DNA of 64,000 bases, taken from assembly GCA_945885475.1 (NCBI GenBank), contig CAMCYR010000001.1, forward strand, positions 47,956 through 111,955, in the 5' to 3' direction. This DNA is from Chitinophaga pinensis. Lineage in GTDB: Bacteria; Bacteroidota; Bacteroidia; 2-12-FULL-35-15. A model generated the notes under the pieces. It was not told the origin of the DNA and did no database searches. It worked only from the letters and a program-made list of their open reading frames with translations. Made by a program: the position numbers and the translations under genes. Each line of letters opens with the position of its first letter. Position 1 is the first letter of the stretch. Shown here in pieces: positions 50,143 through 58,880 of the stretch.

Positions 50143-50790
50143 ATGAAAAAATCTATATTGAAACTAACAACGGTAATTGTAATTCTTTTTGCATTCACCT
50201 ATACAATAAATGCTCAGTCATTTGAAGGAGTTATTGAATTCAAAAAATCTTCCAGTAGCGACACAAGCAATTATGTATATACCGTTAAAGGAAATCAGGT
50301 AAGAATTGATGAGATCGGCTCAAAGTCAAGAAAAGTTGAAGGTTCATTTTTGGTGGACATGGATGCAAAAACGATGAAATTCATCAATCATGACCGTAAA
50401 TTATATGGCGACCAAAACACACCGGCAGCAAATGTAATTAAAGGAAATTGCGTTGTAAAGAAAGGACAGAATATAAAAAATCTTCAAGGATTTAAATGCG
50501 TGGAATACATCGTAACCAATACTGAAGAAAACACGCAGGTAACCTATTATATTGCAGATGGGAAATTTACTTTTTTTGAAAAACTATTGCGTCAGTTGAA
50601 CCGGAAAGAAAAATCTGCAATATATTTTTTACAGATCGCAGACATCAAAAACATGTTTCCTATGCTATCTTTTCAGACAGATCTAACAGGTAAAGAGATC
50701 TCCAGATTAGAAGTTACTCGGATAATTAAAAAAGAAGTAGATCCTTCAATGTTTGAAATCCCTAAAGGATATAATAAATTCGAAAAATAA
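50143..50790 (+). CDS. Secreted DUF4412-like protein
   Basis: Signal peptide, AQSFEGVIEF, IQGFKCVEY-like motif, PSMFEIPKGY. Confidence 0.65.
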   Translation: MKKSILKLTTVIVILFAFTYTINAQSFEGVIEFKKSSSSDTSNYVYTVKGNQVRIDEIGSKSRKVEGSFLVDMDAKTMKFINHDRKLYGDQNTPAANVIKGNCVVKKGQNIKNLQGFKCVEYIVTNTEENTQVTYYIADGKFTFFEKLLRQLNRKEKSAIYFLQIADIKNMFPMLSFQTDLTGKEISRLEVTRIIKKEVDPSMFEIPKGYNKFEK

Positions 50791-50805
50791 AAAATATTTT
50801 TCAAC

Positions 50806-50841
50806 AAAAGCCCTGGTTATACTATTAACCAGGGCTTTTTT
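50806..50841 (+). terminator. Intrinsic terminator
   Basis: AAAAGCCCTGGTTA / TAACCAGGGCTTTT perfect 14-bp stem plus T-run. Confidence 0.88.
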
Positions 50842-51055
50842 ATATCTGATAAGAAACACGGAACACCCATCTTCATTTATCAGAAGGAAACTGAATAAAA
50901 ACAAGAGAAAGCTTCTCGTCATTTAACGAAATGAAGTACTTAGCTATCCCGCATGCAGTACCCGACAATATCTGCCTAAATACCAACCAATTAGACTCAA
51001 TTATTTTTATTAACCACCGTAGTTAAAATATCAAAATACAGCAGCAAATAATTGT

Positions 51056-51063
51056 TATCTTTG
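51056..51063 (+). promoter_or_regulatory. -7 promoter box TATCTTTG for yidC
   Basis: Matches TAnnTTTG, 34 nt before the ATG. Confidence 0.6.
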
Positions 51064-51097
51064 CGCCCAAATATTTTAAGACTTACCTTATTTCACA

Positions 51098-52999
51098 ATG
51101 GATAAAAAATCGATTATAGGATTATTACTGATTGGAGCTATTTTAATAGGCTGGATGATCATTAGTCAACCTTCTGCAGAACAAATTGCTCAGAAAAAAG
51201 AGCAGCAAATTGCGGATTCAATAGCACTATTTAAAACGGATTTAAAAAGTAACAGTGAAACAGCCGTAAAAAAAGAAAAAGCAGTTGCTACAGTCGGAAG
51301 TCCACTAACAATGTTAAGGGATTCAACAGGAAATGTGAACGACTCCGTAAAATCAATTTTACGAAAACTTGTCTACGGTGAGTTCTTGGCAGCAGCAAGG
51401 GGTGAAAACAAGACGATCAGCATTGAAAACGAGGTAATGAAAGTAAACATCGCTCCAAAAGGAGGACGAATTGCTTCTGTGGAGCTAAAAAATTATAAAA
51501 CCTTTGATCAAAAACCATTGATCCTTTTCGATTCCGATTCATCAACTCAGAATATAATATTCAAAGCGAATGCGAAGGAATTTGCAACCGACTCCTTATT
51601 TTTCACGCCTGAAGGAAGTAGTTTTTCTATCACTGGGACTGATTCAAAAAGCATTGCAATGCGTTTATACGCTGGTGATAAAGCGAAATACATTGAATAC
51701 GTTTACTCCTTAACTGGAAATGATTATATGATGGGCTTCCGAATAAATACGGTTGGGATGCAGGATATCATTACCAATAAAGAAAGCCTTCAGATGAATT
51801 GGGGAATGAAAATACCAATGCAGGAGCAAAACCATCAAAATCAAGAAATGGCGTCAACTATTTACTTTAAATATCCGAATGAAAATGTGGATAAAATAAG
51901 TGAGTCGACCTACGAAAAGCAGCCAATGGAATTCCCTGTAAAATGGATTGGCTTCAAACAGCAATTTTTCACTACCGTTCTTATTGCAGATAACACTTTT
52001 GAAAAGACGACTGAGATTGAAACCGTTTCGCAGCTAGCTTCAAAAAAATATGTAAAAGAATACAATGCATCCATTATATTACCATTCAAAAATCATAAGA
52101 CAGAGACCATTGGAATGCGCATGTATTTTGGTCCAAACCATTTCAAAACATTAAAAAAATATGATCTTGAGTTAGAAAAACAGATTAATTTAGGATGGAA
52201 AATATTCGGGTGGCTGAACCGCTTTTTAACGATTCCGATCTTCAATGCACTTGATAGCTTGAATTTAAATTATGGAATTATCATTCTGATTTTAACAATT
52301 ATTTTGAAATTATTGCTCTTACCGATTGCATACAAAACGATACTTTCTTCGGCAAAAATGCGTGTACTAAAACCCGAAATTGATGAGTTAAATGAAAAGC
52401 ATAAGAATGATGATCCTGTAAAAAAGCAACAGGCGACAATGGCATTATACAAATCAGTAGGTGTAAACCCTATGGCGGGTTGTATTCCGGTTTTGTTACA
52501 AATGCCAATCTTGATTGCCTTGTTCAACTTCTTTCCTGCATCCATTGAATTACGTCAACAAGGCTTCTTATGGGCACACGATCTATCCACATTCGATTCA
52601 GTTTATAATTTCGGTTTCAATGTTCCCTTGTATGGTGATCATGTGAGTTTATTTGCATTACTGATGACTGCTTCCACCCTACTTTATACATGGAGCAATA
52701 GTCAGCTAATGGGTACAAGCAATCAAATGCCCGGAATGAAATGGATGATGTACCTCATGCCAATCATGTTCCTTGGATTCATGAATAGCTATTCCGCTGG
52801 ATTAAGTTGGTATTATTTCCTTGCTAATATGATCACATTCGGACAAACATGGGTAATTCAAAAATTTGTGATCGATCACGATGCGTTACATGCGAAACTT
52901 CAGGAAAATAAAAAGAAACCTGTGAAGCAATCGAAATTTCAACAGCGATTGGAAGAAATGACAAAGGATCGTCAACAAATAACAACAAAGAAAAAATAA
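51098..52999 (+). CDS. yidC: Membrane protein insertase YidC
   Basis: MDKKSIIG, YFGP, NYGIIILILT, NPMAGCIPVLLQMP, FLWAHDLS, AGLSWYY. Confidence 0.96.
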   Translation: MDKKSIIGLLLIGAILIGWMIISQPSAEQIAQKKEQQIADSIALFKTDLKSNSETAVKKEKAVATVGSPLTMLRDSTGNVNDSVKSILRKLVYGEFLAAARGENKTISIENEVMKVNIAPKGGRIASVELKNYKTFDQKPLILFDSDSSTQNIIFKANAKEFATDSLFFTPEGSSFSITGTDSKSIAMRLYAGDKAKYIEYVYSLTGNDYMMGFRINTVGMQDIITNKESLQMNWGMKIPMQEQNHQNQEMASTIYFKYPNENVDKISESTYEKQPMEFPVKWIGFKQQFFTTVLIADNTFEKTTEIETVSQLASKKYVKEYNASIILPFKNHKTETIGMRMYFGPNHFKTLKKYDLELEKQINLGWKIFGWLNRFLTIPIFNALDSLNLNYGIIILILTIILKLLLLPIAYKTILSSAKMRVLKPEIDELNEKHKNDDPVKKQQATMALYKSVGVNPMAGCIPVLLQMPILIALFNFFPASIELRQQGFLWAHDLSTFDSVYNFGFNVPLYGDHVSLFALLMTASTLLYTWSNSQLMGTSNQMPGMKWMMYLMPIMFLGFMNSYSAGLSWYYFLANMITFGQTWVIQKFVIDHDALHAKLQENKKKPVKQSKFQQRLEEMTKDRQQITTKKK

Positions 53000-53006
53000 T
53001 TTATAC

Positions 53007-53030
53007 AAGCCCGATTACATTCGGGCTTTT
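53007..53030 (+). terminator. Weak intrinsic terminator or stabilising hairpin between yidC and psd
   Basis: AAGCCCGA-ttacat-TCGGGCTTTT. Confidence 0.6.
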
Positions 53031-53048
53031 ATACTAAAATCAATTCAT

Positions 53049-53708
53049 ATGAAATTTCACAAAGAAGGTATTCCATCCTTAATCATTACACTAATTGTGG
53101 CTGCACTTATTAATTTTATTACACTTTATTTTTGCTCTTCCTTTCCGATTGTTGTTTGGCTTGGATATGCATTATCTGCCTTTCTTCTAATAACGATACT
53201 TCAGTTCTTCAGAAACCCGAAACGTACAATTACGATCGATGACAACGCGATCATTGCTCCTGCAGATGGAAAGGTAGTGGTAATTGAAGAAGTAGTAGAA
53301 ACGGAATATTTTAAAGATAAACGGTTACAGATCTCTATTTTTATGTCGCCAATAAACGTCCATATTAATCGCTACCCGATAAGCGGGATCGTAAGGTTTT
53401 CAAAATATCATCCCGGTTTATTTTTGGTAGCCTGGCATCCAAAATCTTCTACTGACAATGAGCGAACGACAATTGTAGTGAAGCATAAAAACGGGCAGGA
53501 AATATTATTCCGTCAAATTGCAGGTGCAATGGCACGAAGGATCGTGAATTATTCAAAGGAAAACGATTCAGCATCTCAAGGATCAGAATTCGGGTTTATA
53601 AAATTCGGATCCAGAGTTGATCTATTTCTGCCAACTACTGTAAAAGTTAAGGTAAGTTTGGAACAGAAAGTCACCGGTCCAGAAACCATCATTGCGACTT
53701 TTGACTAG
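53049..53708 (+). CDS. psd: Phosphatidylserine decarboxylase proenzyme
   Basis: APADGKV, SIFMSP.NVH.NR, QIAG..ARRI, cleavage motif FGSRVD. Confidence 0.93.
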   Translation: MKFHKEGIPSLIITLIVAALINFITLYFCSSFPIVVWLGYALSAFLLITILQFFRNPKRTITIDDNAIIAPADGKVVVIEEVVETEYFKDKRLQISIFMSPINVHINRYPISGIVRFSKYHPGLFLVAWHPKSSTDNERTTIVVKHKNGQEILFRQIAGAMARRIVNYSKENDSASQGSEFGFIKFGSRVDLFLPTTVKVKVSLEQKVTGPETIIATFD

Positions 53709-53811
53709 ATTAACAAAATTTAACGCGATTTTTTTTAGTTAAGGGTACTTTTTAGTACCTTTATTTCGAAATAATGATTGAACAAACAATAAACACATAA
53801 AACCAAACAAC

Positions 53812-54132
53812 ATGAAAAAATTATTTTTATTATTAGCATTCACAGGAATTGTTGGTGCTGCATCCGCTACTTCTATCGTTACATCTTCTAAAGGAAGTAT
53901 CGTATCTGTAAAAGGAGACGACAAAAAAGGTGATGACAAAAAGAAAAAAGAAGAAAAAGCGTGTTGCAAAAAAGATGCAAATGGAAAAGCTTGTTCTGCT
54001 GAAAAAACAGAAGCAAAGGCTTCTTCTGGAGAAAAAACTGAAGGAAAAGCTTGTTCAGGTGAGAAATCAACAGGAACAAAAGCTTGTTGCAAATCAAAAA
54101 CTGAGGCAGCTACCGCAAAATCTGATAAATAA
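53812..54132 (+). CDS. Small secreted Lys/Cys-rich repeat protein
   Basis: MKKLFLLLAF signal peptide, five KA(C/S)(C/S) decapeptide repeats, AT-rich leader and a dedicated terminator. Confidence 0.75.
   Translation: MKKLFLLLAFTGIVGAASATSIVTSSKGSIVSVKGDDKKGDDKKKKEEKACCKKDANGKACSAEKTEAKASSGEKTEGKACSGEKSTGTKACCKSKTEAATAKSDK
53953..54105 (+). repeat. Coding tandem repeat, 5 x about 30 nt
   Basis: gaaaaagcgtgttgc / ggaaaagcttgttct / gcaaaggcttcttct / ggaaaagcttgttca / acaaaagcttgttgc at 30-33 nt spacing. Confidence 0.8.
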
Positions 54133-54149
54133 TCCATTATTTACTCATA

Positions 54150-54184
54150 AAAAAATCCGCTTCGATAATCGAAGCGGATTTTTT
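54150..54184. terminator. Bidirectional intrinsic terminator
   Basis: AAAAAATCCGCTTCGA-taa-TCGAAGCGGATTTTTT between convergent genes. Confidence 0.9.
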
Positions 54185-54255
54185 ATTTAAATATGTATTA
54201 GCTATTATTTTAAAAAACCTGACAGCATTGGCTTTTATCAAATAAAATATATTTT

Positions 54256-54948
54256 TTATAAAAAGTTTTTTAATTCAGCCAAACTTTTGATTTCGTATGT
54301 AAGGATTGTGGAATGACTATTCGCTGTGGGATTAAAGTACACTTGATCTATCCCCACATTTTGAGCCCCCACTATATCCGCTTCCAAACTATCACCAATC
54401 ATCAGGGATTTTTGGGGAGTAGCACCAGCTGCTTCCAATGAAAAATGAAACATACGCTCATCCGGCTTCTTATAACCAGAACGTTCGGAGGTGATTACTT
54501 CCGTAAAATAATGATCAAGCTTACAATTTTTCAGTTTAAGATGCTGAACCTCCTCAAAACCATTTGTAATGATGTGTAAGGAATATTTTTCATTCAAATA
54601 ATTGAGTATGTCAACCGAATGAGGAAAAAGATGCGTTTTATAAGGTGAAATGGATACATAATCTTCACCGAATCTTTTTGCAAGATGCAAATCTTCTATC
54701 TCGTATTTTTTAAGGGTGCGATAAAAACGTTCATAACGAAGCGATTCTTTTGAAATAGCCCCCATTCTATATTCTTCCCACAACAATTCGTTGATAGTAA
54801 AATATTCACTTATGAAACTGTCAAGCGAGGAAACACCCTTTTCTATCAATTTATGTTTATCTGCAAGTTCTGTTAACGCTTCGTGGGAATTCTTTTCAAA
54901 ATCCCAAAGAGTATGATCCAGATCAAAGAAAATAGTTTCGTATTGCAT
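54256..54948 (-). CDS. yjjG: YjjG-family HAD pyrimidine nucleotidase
   Basis: FFDLDHTLWDF, IITNGF, KPD..F, MIGDSLEADI.GA; start at ATG 54948. Confidence 0.9.
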   Translation of the reverse strand: MQYETIFFDLDHTLWDFEKNSHEALTELADKHKLIEKGVSSLDSFISEYFTINELLWEEYRMGAISKESLRYERFYRTLKKYEIEDLHLAKRFGEDYVSISPYKTHLFPHSVDILNYLNEKYSLHIITNGFEEVQHLKLKNCKLDHYFTEVITSERSGYKKPDERMFHFSLEAAGATPQKSLMIGDSLEADIVGAQNVGIDQVYFNPTANSHSTILTYEIKSLAELKNFL

Positions 54949-55402
54949 CAAAAAGAGGTTTGTACAAAAGTGTTCCAATCACTGACCAAAACAAAATAGA
55001 AAGAAACATATATCTTAAAATTTTTTGCTTGTCATTAAAATACCTCACAGCAAGAAAACAGCCGATAGGAATAGGGATGAGAAAGGGGATTAAAATAGAG
55101 AAGCCCAATAAGCCGAATCGTCTCTTAACAGAAATAATCATTCTATTCTTTTTATTAAACTTCTTTTTAGGAGTAGCATTGGGATTTTTAATTCTTTTTT
55201 GTGCATCTCTTTCTTTGAAAAAAGCGATCAATTTATCGCTGGTAAAAACAAATACAGCAACACCAAAGCAACCTCCCAAAGTCGTCACAGTTATACTTTC
55301 AAAATAGGAAAAACCTAAACCCAAGGCCATCGGCACACCACCAAACACAAATTTAATTGTACTCAATAAAAAAACAGAAATTATTTCAACCCAGAAGTTC
55401 AT
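54923..55402 (-). CDS. Small membrane protein (small multidrug-export-like)
   Basis: Four hydrophobic segments, KRRFGLLG, IPIPIG; overlaps the yjjG start by 26 nt. Confidence 0.6.
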   Translation of the reverse strand: MNFWVEIISVFLLSTIKFVFGGVPMALGLGFSYFESITVTTLGGCFGVAVFVFTSDKLIAFFKERDAQKRIKNPNATPKKKFNKKNRMIISVKRRFGLLGFSILIPFLIPIPIGCFLAVRYFNDKQKILRYMFLSILFWSVIGTLLYKPLFDAIRNYFL

Positions 55403-55411
55403 ATAAAAATA

Positions 55412-56059
55412 TTAGATCTTCTCTCCGAATGCCAAGTCACCAGCATCACCTAAGCCCGGCACGATATAAGATTGAGCAGTAAGTTCTTCATCGATTGCAC
55501 CGATCCACAGTGTTATATTTTCGGGCAGATGCTTTTTCACGTAATCCAATCCTTCACTACTTGCAATAACAGAAACAATGTGTGTATGAGCGGGGATCCC
55601 TCTGCGAAGTAGCGCCTGATAAGTTAAAACCATCGAAGAACCTGAAGCCAACATCGGATCGCAAAGAATTAAAAACTTGCCATTTAAATCAGGGGAAGCT
55701 AAATATTCTACCTGAATATCAAAACTACCATCTTTATGATGTCTACGGTAAGCAGAAATAAATGCATTTTGCGCTTTATCAAAATAATTCAAAACCCCTT
55801 GATGTAAAGGCAGTCCGGCACGTAAAATAGAAGCAACAACAGGCTGCTCTTCAGGAACCGATACATTTGCAATACCTAAGGGCGTATTTACCTCACGTAC
55901 TTCATAATTTATTTTTTTGCTGATTTCGTACGCGAATATTTCTCCCAATCGTTCAATATTCCTTCGAAAACGCATACTATCCTTCTGCACAACCTCATCG
56001 CGTATCTCAGCGATAAACTGATTAAAAATTGAATTACTTGCACCTAAAACATGTACCAT
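55412..56059 (-). CDS. upp: Uracil phosphoribosyltransferase
   Basis: FRRNIERLG, SILRAG, DPMLASG, YIVPGLGDAGDLAFG. Confidence 0.95.
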   Translation of the reverse strand: MVHVLGASNSIFNQFIAEIRDEVVQKDSMRFRRNIERLGEIFAYEISKKINYEVREVNTPLGIANVSVPEEQPVVASILRAGLPLHQGVLNYFDKAQNAFISAYRRHHKDGSFDIQVEYLASPDLNGKFLILCDPMLASGSSMVLTYQALLRRGIPAHTHIVSVIASSEGLDYVKKHLPENITLWIGAIDEELTAQSYIVPGLGDAGDLAFGEKI

Positions 56060-56063
56060 ATTT

Positions 56064-56984
56064 TTACTTTTTTAAAGATTTAACCCACTGCACCAACTTA
56101 GGCAGGTTATTTCGCTTTACCTGCAAATATACGCAATCTTTTGCACCGAAATTCTTGTAAAAACGGGCAACATTATCCACTGATGAACCACCAAAATCCA
56201 AGTAATACTTTTTTCCTGAATTTTCTTTGATAAAGTAATCAAACAACAAATGCATAGCTCCTTTGGCTTTGCCTTCATCGGTTACGCCACTTTTCAGAAA
56301 AGTAAAACGGTTATCATTGAACATAAAAAATGCTGCTGCACATAATTCAGTGCCGTCATAAACGGCAATCGACTGCCCCTTATTAAGGTCATTGCACTTT
56401 CGCATGAGGGCAATTAGAATTTTATAATCATCCGCATTAAATATTTCCAATTCGTTCCCTTTTGTTATTTTAAAAAGGTTTACAATTTTATCGGGGGAAA
56501 TATCCGGCCGAATTTTCAAGCCGGCCTTAATTGCCTTTTTTACATTCCGTTTAGAATTTTCAGAGAATTGTTTTTGAAGTGTTGTAAAGTCCTGATTCAA
56601 ATCGAGTCCTTGAAATTTTCTTTCCCGACATTCAAAAGTTTCAGATAGAAAAGGAGTTTCTTCCTGCAAACAAAATTCGATGTATTTATATTTTTCGGGT
56701 ATTGCTTTAAAAAAATCAGTTGTAAGTTTAGTCGTTATTTTAGATTTAGAGAACACACCAAAATATCTTGTAAAGAAAGGCTGATATAAATAATGAATTT
56801 TATACTTCGATTTTGGAGCTAATGGAAAAACTGCTTCATAATCAGCTAAAACAAGGGCTCCCCAACCTTTGCAAACAATATCCAAATACCAGGAATAAAC
56901 AAATATGGCAGGATTTGAACAATTGCCGATACATGCATCCCATTTTTTTTTATTGATATCTTTTTGTTCTATAAAAATGATCAT
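56064..56984 (-). CDS. GNAT/FemAB-like acyltransferase
   Basis: KKWDACI, SWYLD, YQPFF, RNVKKA.KAGL, DFGGS..VARFYKNFGA. Confidence 0.7.
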   Translation of the reverse strand: MIIFIEQKDINKKKWDACIGNCSNPAIFVYSWYLDIVCKGWGALVLADYEAVFPLAPKSKYKIHYLYQPFFTRYFGVFSKSKITTKLTTDFFKAIPEKYKYIEFCLQEETPFLSETFECRERKFQGLDLNQDFTTLQKQFSENSKRNVKKAIKAGLKIRPDISPDKIVNLFKITKGNELEIFNADDYKILIALMRKCNDLNKGQSIAVYDGTELCAAAFFMFNDNRFTFLKSGVTDEGKAKGAMHLLFDYFIKENSGKKYYLDFGGSSVDNVARFYKNFGAKDCVYLQVKRNNLPKLVQWVKSLKK

Positions 56985-57976
56985 ATATTGCCTTTGAATA
57001 TTTTCGTGAACGTAGTGAAATTATGTTTCTCCTTATTCTTCAGTACAAAGTTTTCGACCTCAACAATCGAATAACGCGACAATGCTTTCGGGTGACCAAT
57101 AACAACCATATGATTAAAGTTCCTCTTCAATAATTGCTTCAGTGCTTTTTGTAAAAGCCTTGCATTGTAACCATCAAGAGAAACAGGATTATTGGTAAAA
57201 CGAGTCAACAATTTTTTCCTATATCCCGGAGCGGGCATTGCCTGGCCATCTCCGAGAGGTTTATGAAAATATGGATTTTTCCTACCTAATAAAAATAAGA
57301 ACCAAAAGAAAAGAGGAGAATTTCGAATCGGACTAATTGGAAGTTCGGTAAAATATCCCGAAGGATCTTCAACCACCACATCATTTTCGAATTTATAAAT
57401 ATCCTTATCAGGCGCATTTGTGAAATCAAAAGAATATTGCCGGGAACTAAATTGTCCGTTTCTGAAAACACTGCTATCAAGTGAAATGTTATTTTCTTTA
57501 AAAACCTTATGTAATTTACTAAAAGGCTGCAAACACCATCCACCAGCACGAAATGAAAAAACGGACTGATTCGTAATATCAAAAAGCACCTTTTTATATC
57601 TTACAACAATATCTTTAATTTCATCATCATTAAAATCGGAAAGTTTATACCGGTTGACCTTCATTACCCAACGATTTCCATCAAAATAACAGTCTTCCCA
57701 ATGCGGATGGATATGTAATTGAATATCATGTCCTGTTGCGGCTAAATAGTTAACCTGCTTAATAATTGCTTGGTAATCATTTTCCAATACGGGAAATCTT
57801 TTTCTGAATTCATCTAACTTTAGGATAAAACCACTATCTACAAAAAAAGAAAAACGCACATTGTATTTTTCAGCGATGCGGATCAATTCAGAAGTCGGAT
57901 ATATAATACATTTCTCGACCGTACCATGGTTTTCACCAAAGTAAATTTCATAATCTAGCGTGATGTAAATATTCAT
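56981..57976 (-). CDS. Polysaccharide deacetylase (NodB/CE4-like)
   Basis: ITLDYE, HDIQLHIHPH, FRAGGW, VIGHPK. Confidence 0.8.
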   Translation of the reverse strand: MNIYITLDYEIYFGENHGTVEKCIIYPTSELIRIAEKYNVRFSFFVDSGFILKLDEFRKRFPVLENDYQAIIKQVNYLAATGHDIQLHIHPHWEDCYFDGNRWVMKVNRYKLSDFNDDEIKDIVVRYKKVLFDITNQSVFSFRAGGWCLQPFSKLHKVFKENNISLDSSVFRNGQFSSRQYSFDFTNAPDKDIYKFENDVVVEDPSGYFTELPISPIRNSPLFFWFLFLLGRKNPYFHKPLGDGQAMPAPGYRKKLLTRFTNNPVSLDGYNARLLQKALKQLLKRNFNHMVVIGHPKALSRYSIVEVENFVLKNKEKHNFTTFTKIFKGNI

Positions 57977-57981
57977 ATCAA

Positions 57982-58878
57982 CTATTTATTTCCAAAGGGA
58001 GTATACATTGTGACACCTTTTTCATTATAATTTCTGACCATTACTTCCAGCAGTTTATCTGCATCGATCAACATGCAATTTGCCTCTCCAACAGATCCAT
58101 TGACAAGAGCTCCTTCACGCTCAAACATAGGCTTCAGCGCATCGCAATTCCTCTTCGAGGAATAATCAGGGTTATGAACTTTCGTTTTCATTTGAGATAC
58201 CACTCCATTCATATCAATCATTTTTACATCAACTATCTTTTCATCATAAACAGGATAAATGAAATCAACAGCGTCTTCAAGTGTATGCAAATTTGTACAG
58301 GCACCATTCAACGTTGTTCCCAGCATTAAAATTTTCCCATTCTTATTACACAACTTTCTGAAAGGGGAATATTCATTATAAGGTGTAAGCTGACCAAAAT
58401 GTGAATTAGTAAAATATTCGGCAAGTGGTCCTTTAGCACAAACAGAATCTGTAGGATGAAAACTTCTAAGAACACCATCCAATTTTCTAAAGTATTCTGT
58501 CATACTTCCCATGCGAGATTCGGTATGCTTTAAATCGAAAACAGGATATTCCTGAAGATGTGTCTTGTTTCTTCCTAATGCAGGAAAAGATGGAAACAAC
58601 AATGTTCCCTGAGAACCGATGACATCGAAAAGTGCATCGATAACTGTTTGAGAACCTCCAGCAACAAAACCAATCTTACTCAAACTACTATGGACCAAAA
58701 CCGAATCGTTGGGCTGCAGTCCTATTCGCCTTAGGTCCAGAGCCAGCGATTCTAGAGTATGTGCAACATTACTTTTTTCCTGTTTTTCCAATTGTATTCT
58801 GCGCTGTTTTTTTTTCAGTGCTTTTGCCCAATCAAGAACAAATTCAGGAGCGTATTTTAAGATCAACTTTTTAAGCAT
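57982..58878 (-). CDS. AAC(3)/YokD-family N-acetyltransferase
   Basis: VLVHSSLSKIG, GTLLFP, MG..TEYFR, RSFHPTDSV, ILMLG..T.LH..E. Confidence 0.85.
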   Translation of the reverse strand: MLKKLILKYAPEFVLDWAKALKKKQRRIQLEKQEKSNVAHTLESLALDLRRIGLQPNDSVLVHSSLSKIGFVAGGSQTVIDALFDVIGSQGTLLFPSFPALGRNKTHLQEYPVFDLKHTESRMGSMTEYFRKLDGVLRSFHPTDSVCAKGPLAEYFTNSHFGQLTPYNEYSPFRKLCNKNGKILMLGTTLNGACTNLHTLEDAVDFIYPVYDEKIVDVKMIDMNGVVSQMKTKVHNPDYSSKRNCDALKPMFEREGALVNGSVGEANCMLIDADKLLEVMVRNYNEKGVTMYTPFGNK

Positions 58879-58880
58879 TG

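Noticed and set aside
50845-50884. TCTGATAA...TTATCAGA inverted repeat as an ncRNA
   Set aside because: 8-bp AT-rich stem only, directly after a strong terminator, with no further structure
50931-51026. 31-codon ORF upstream of yidC as a leader peptide
   Set aside because: It lies upstream of the likely yidC -7 box and has no informative composition
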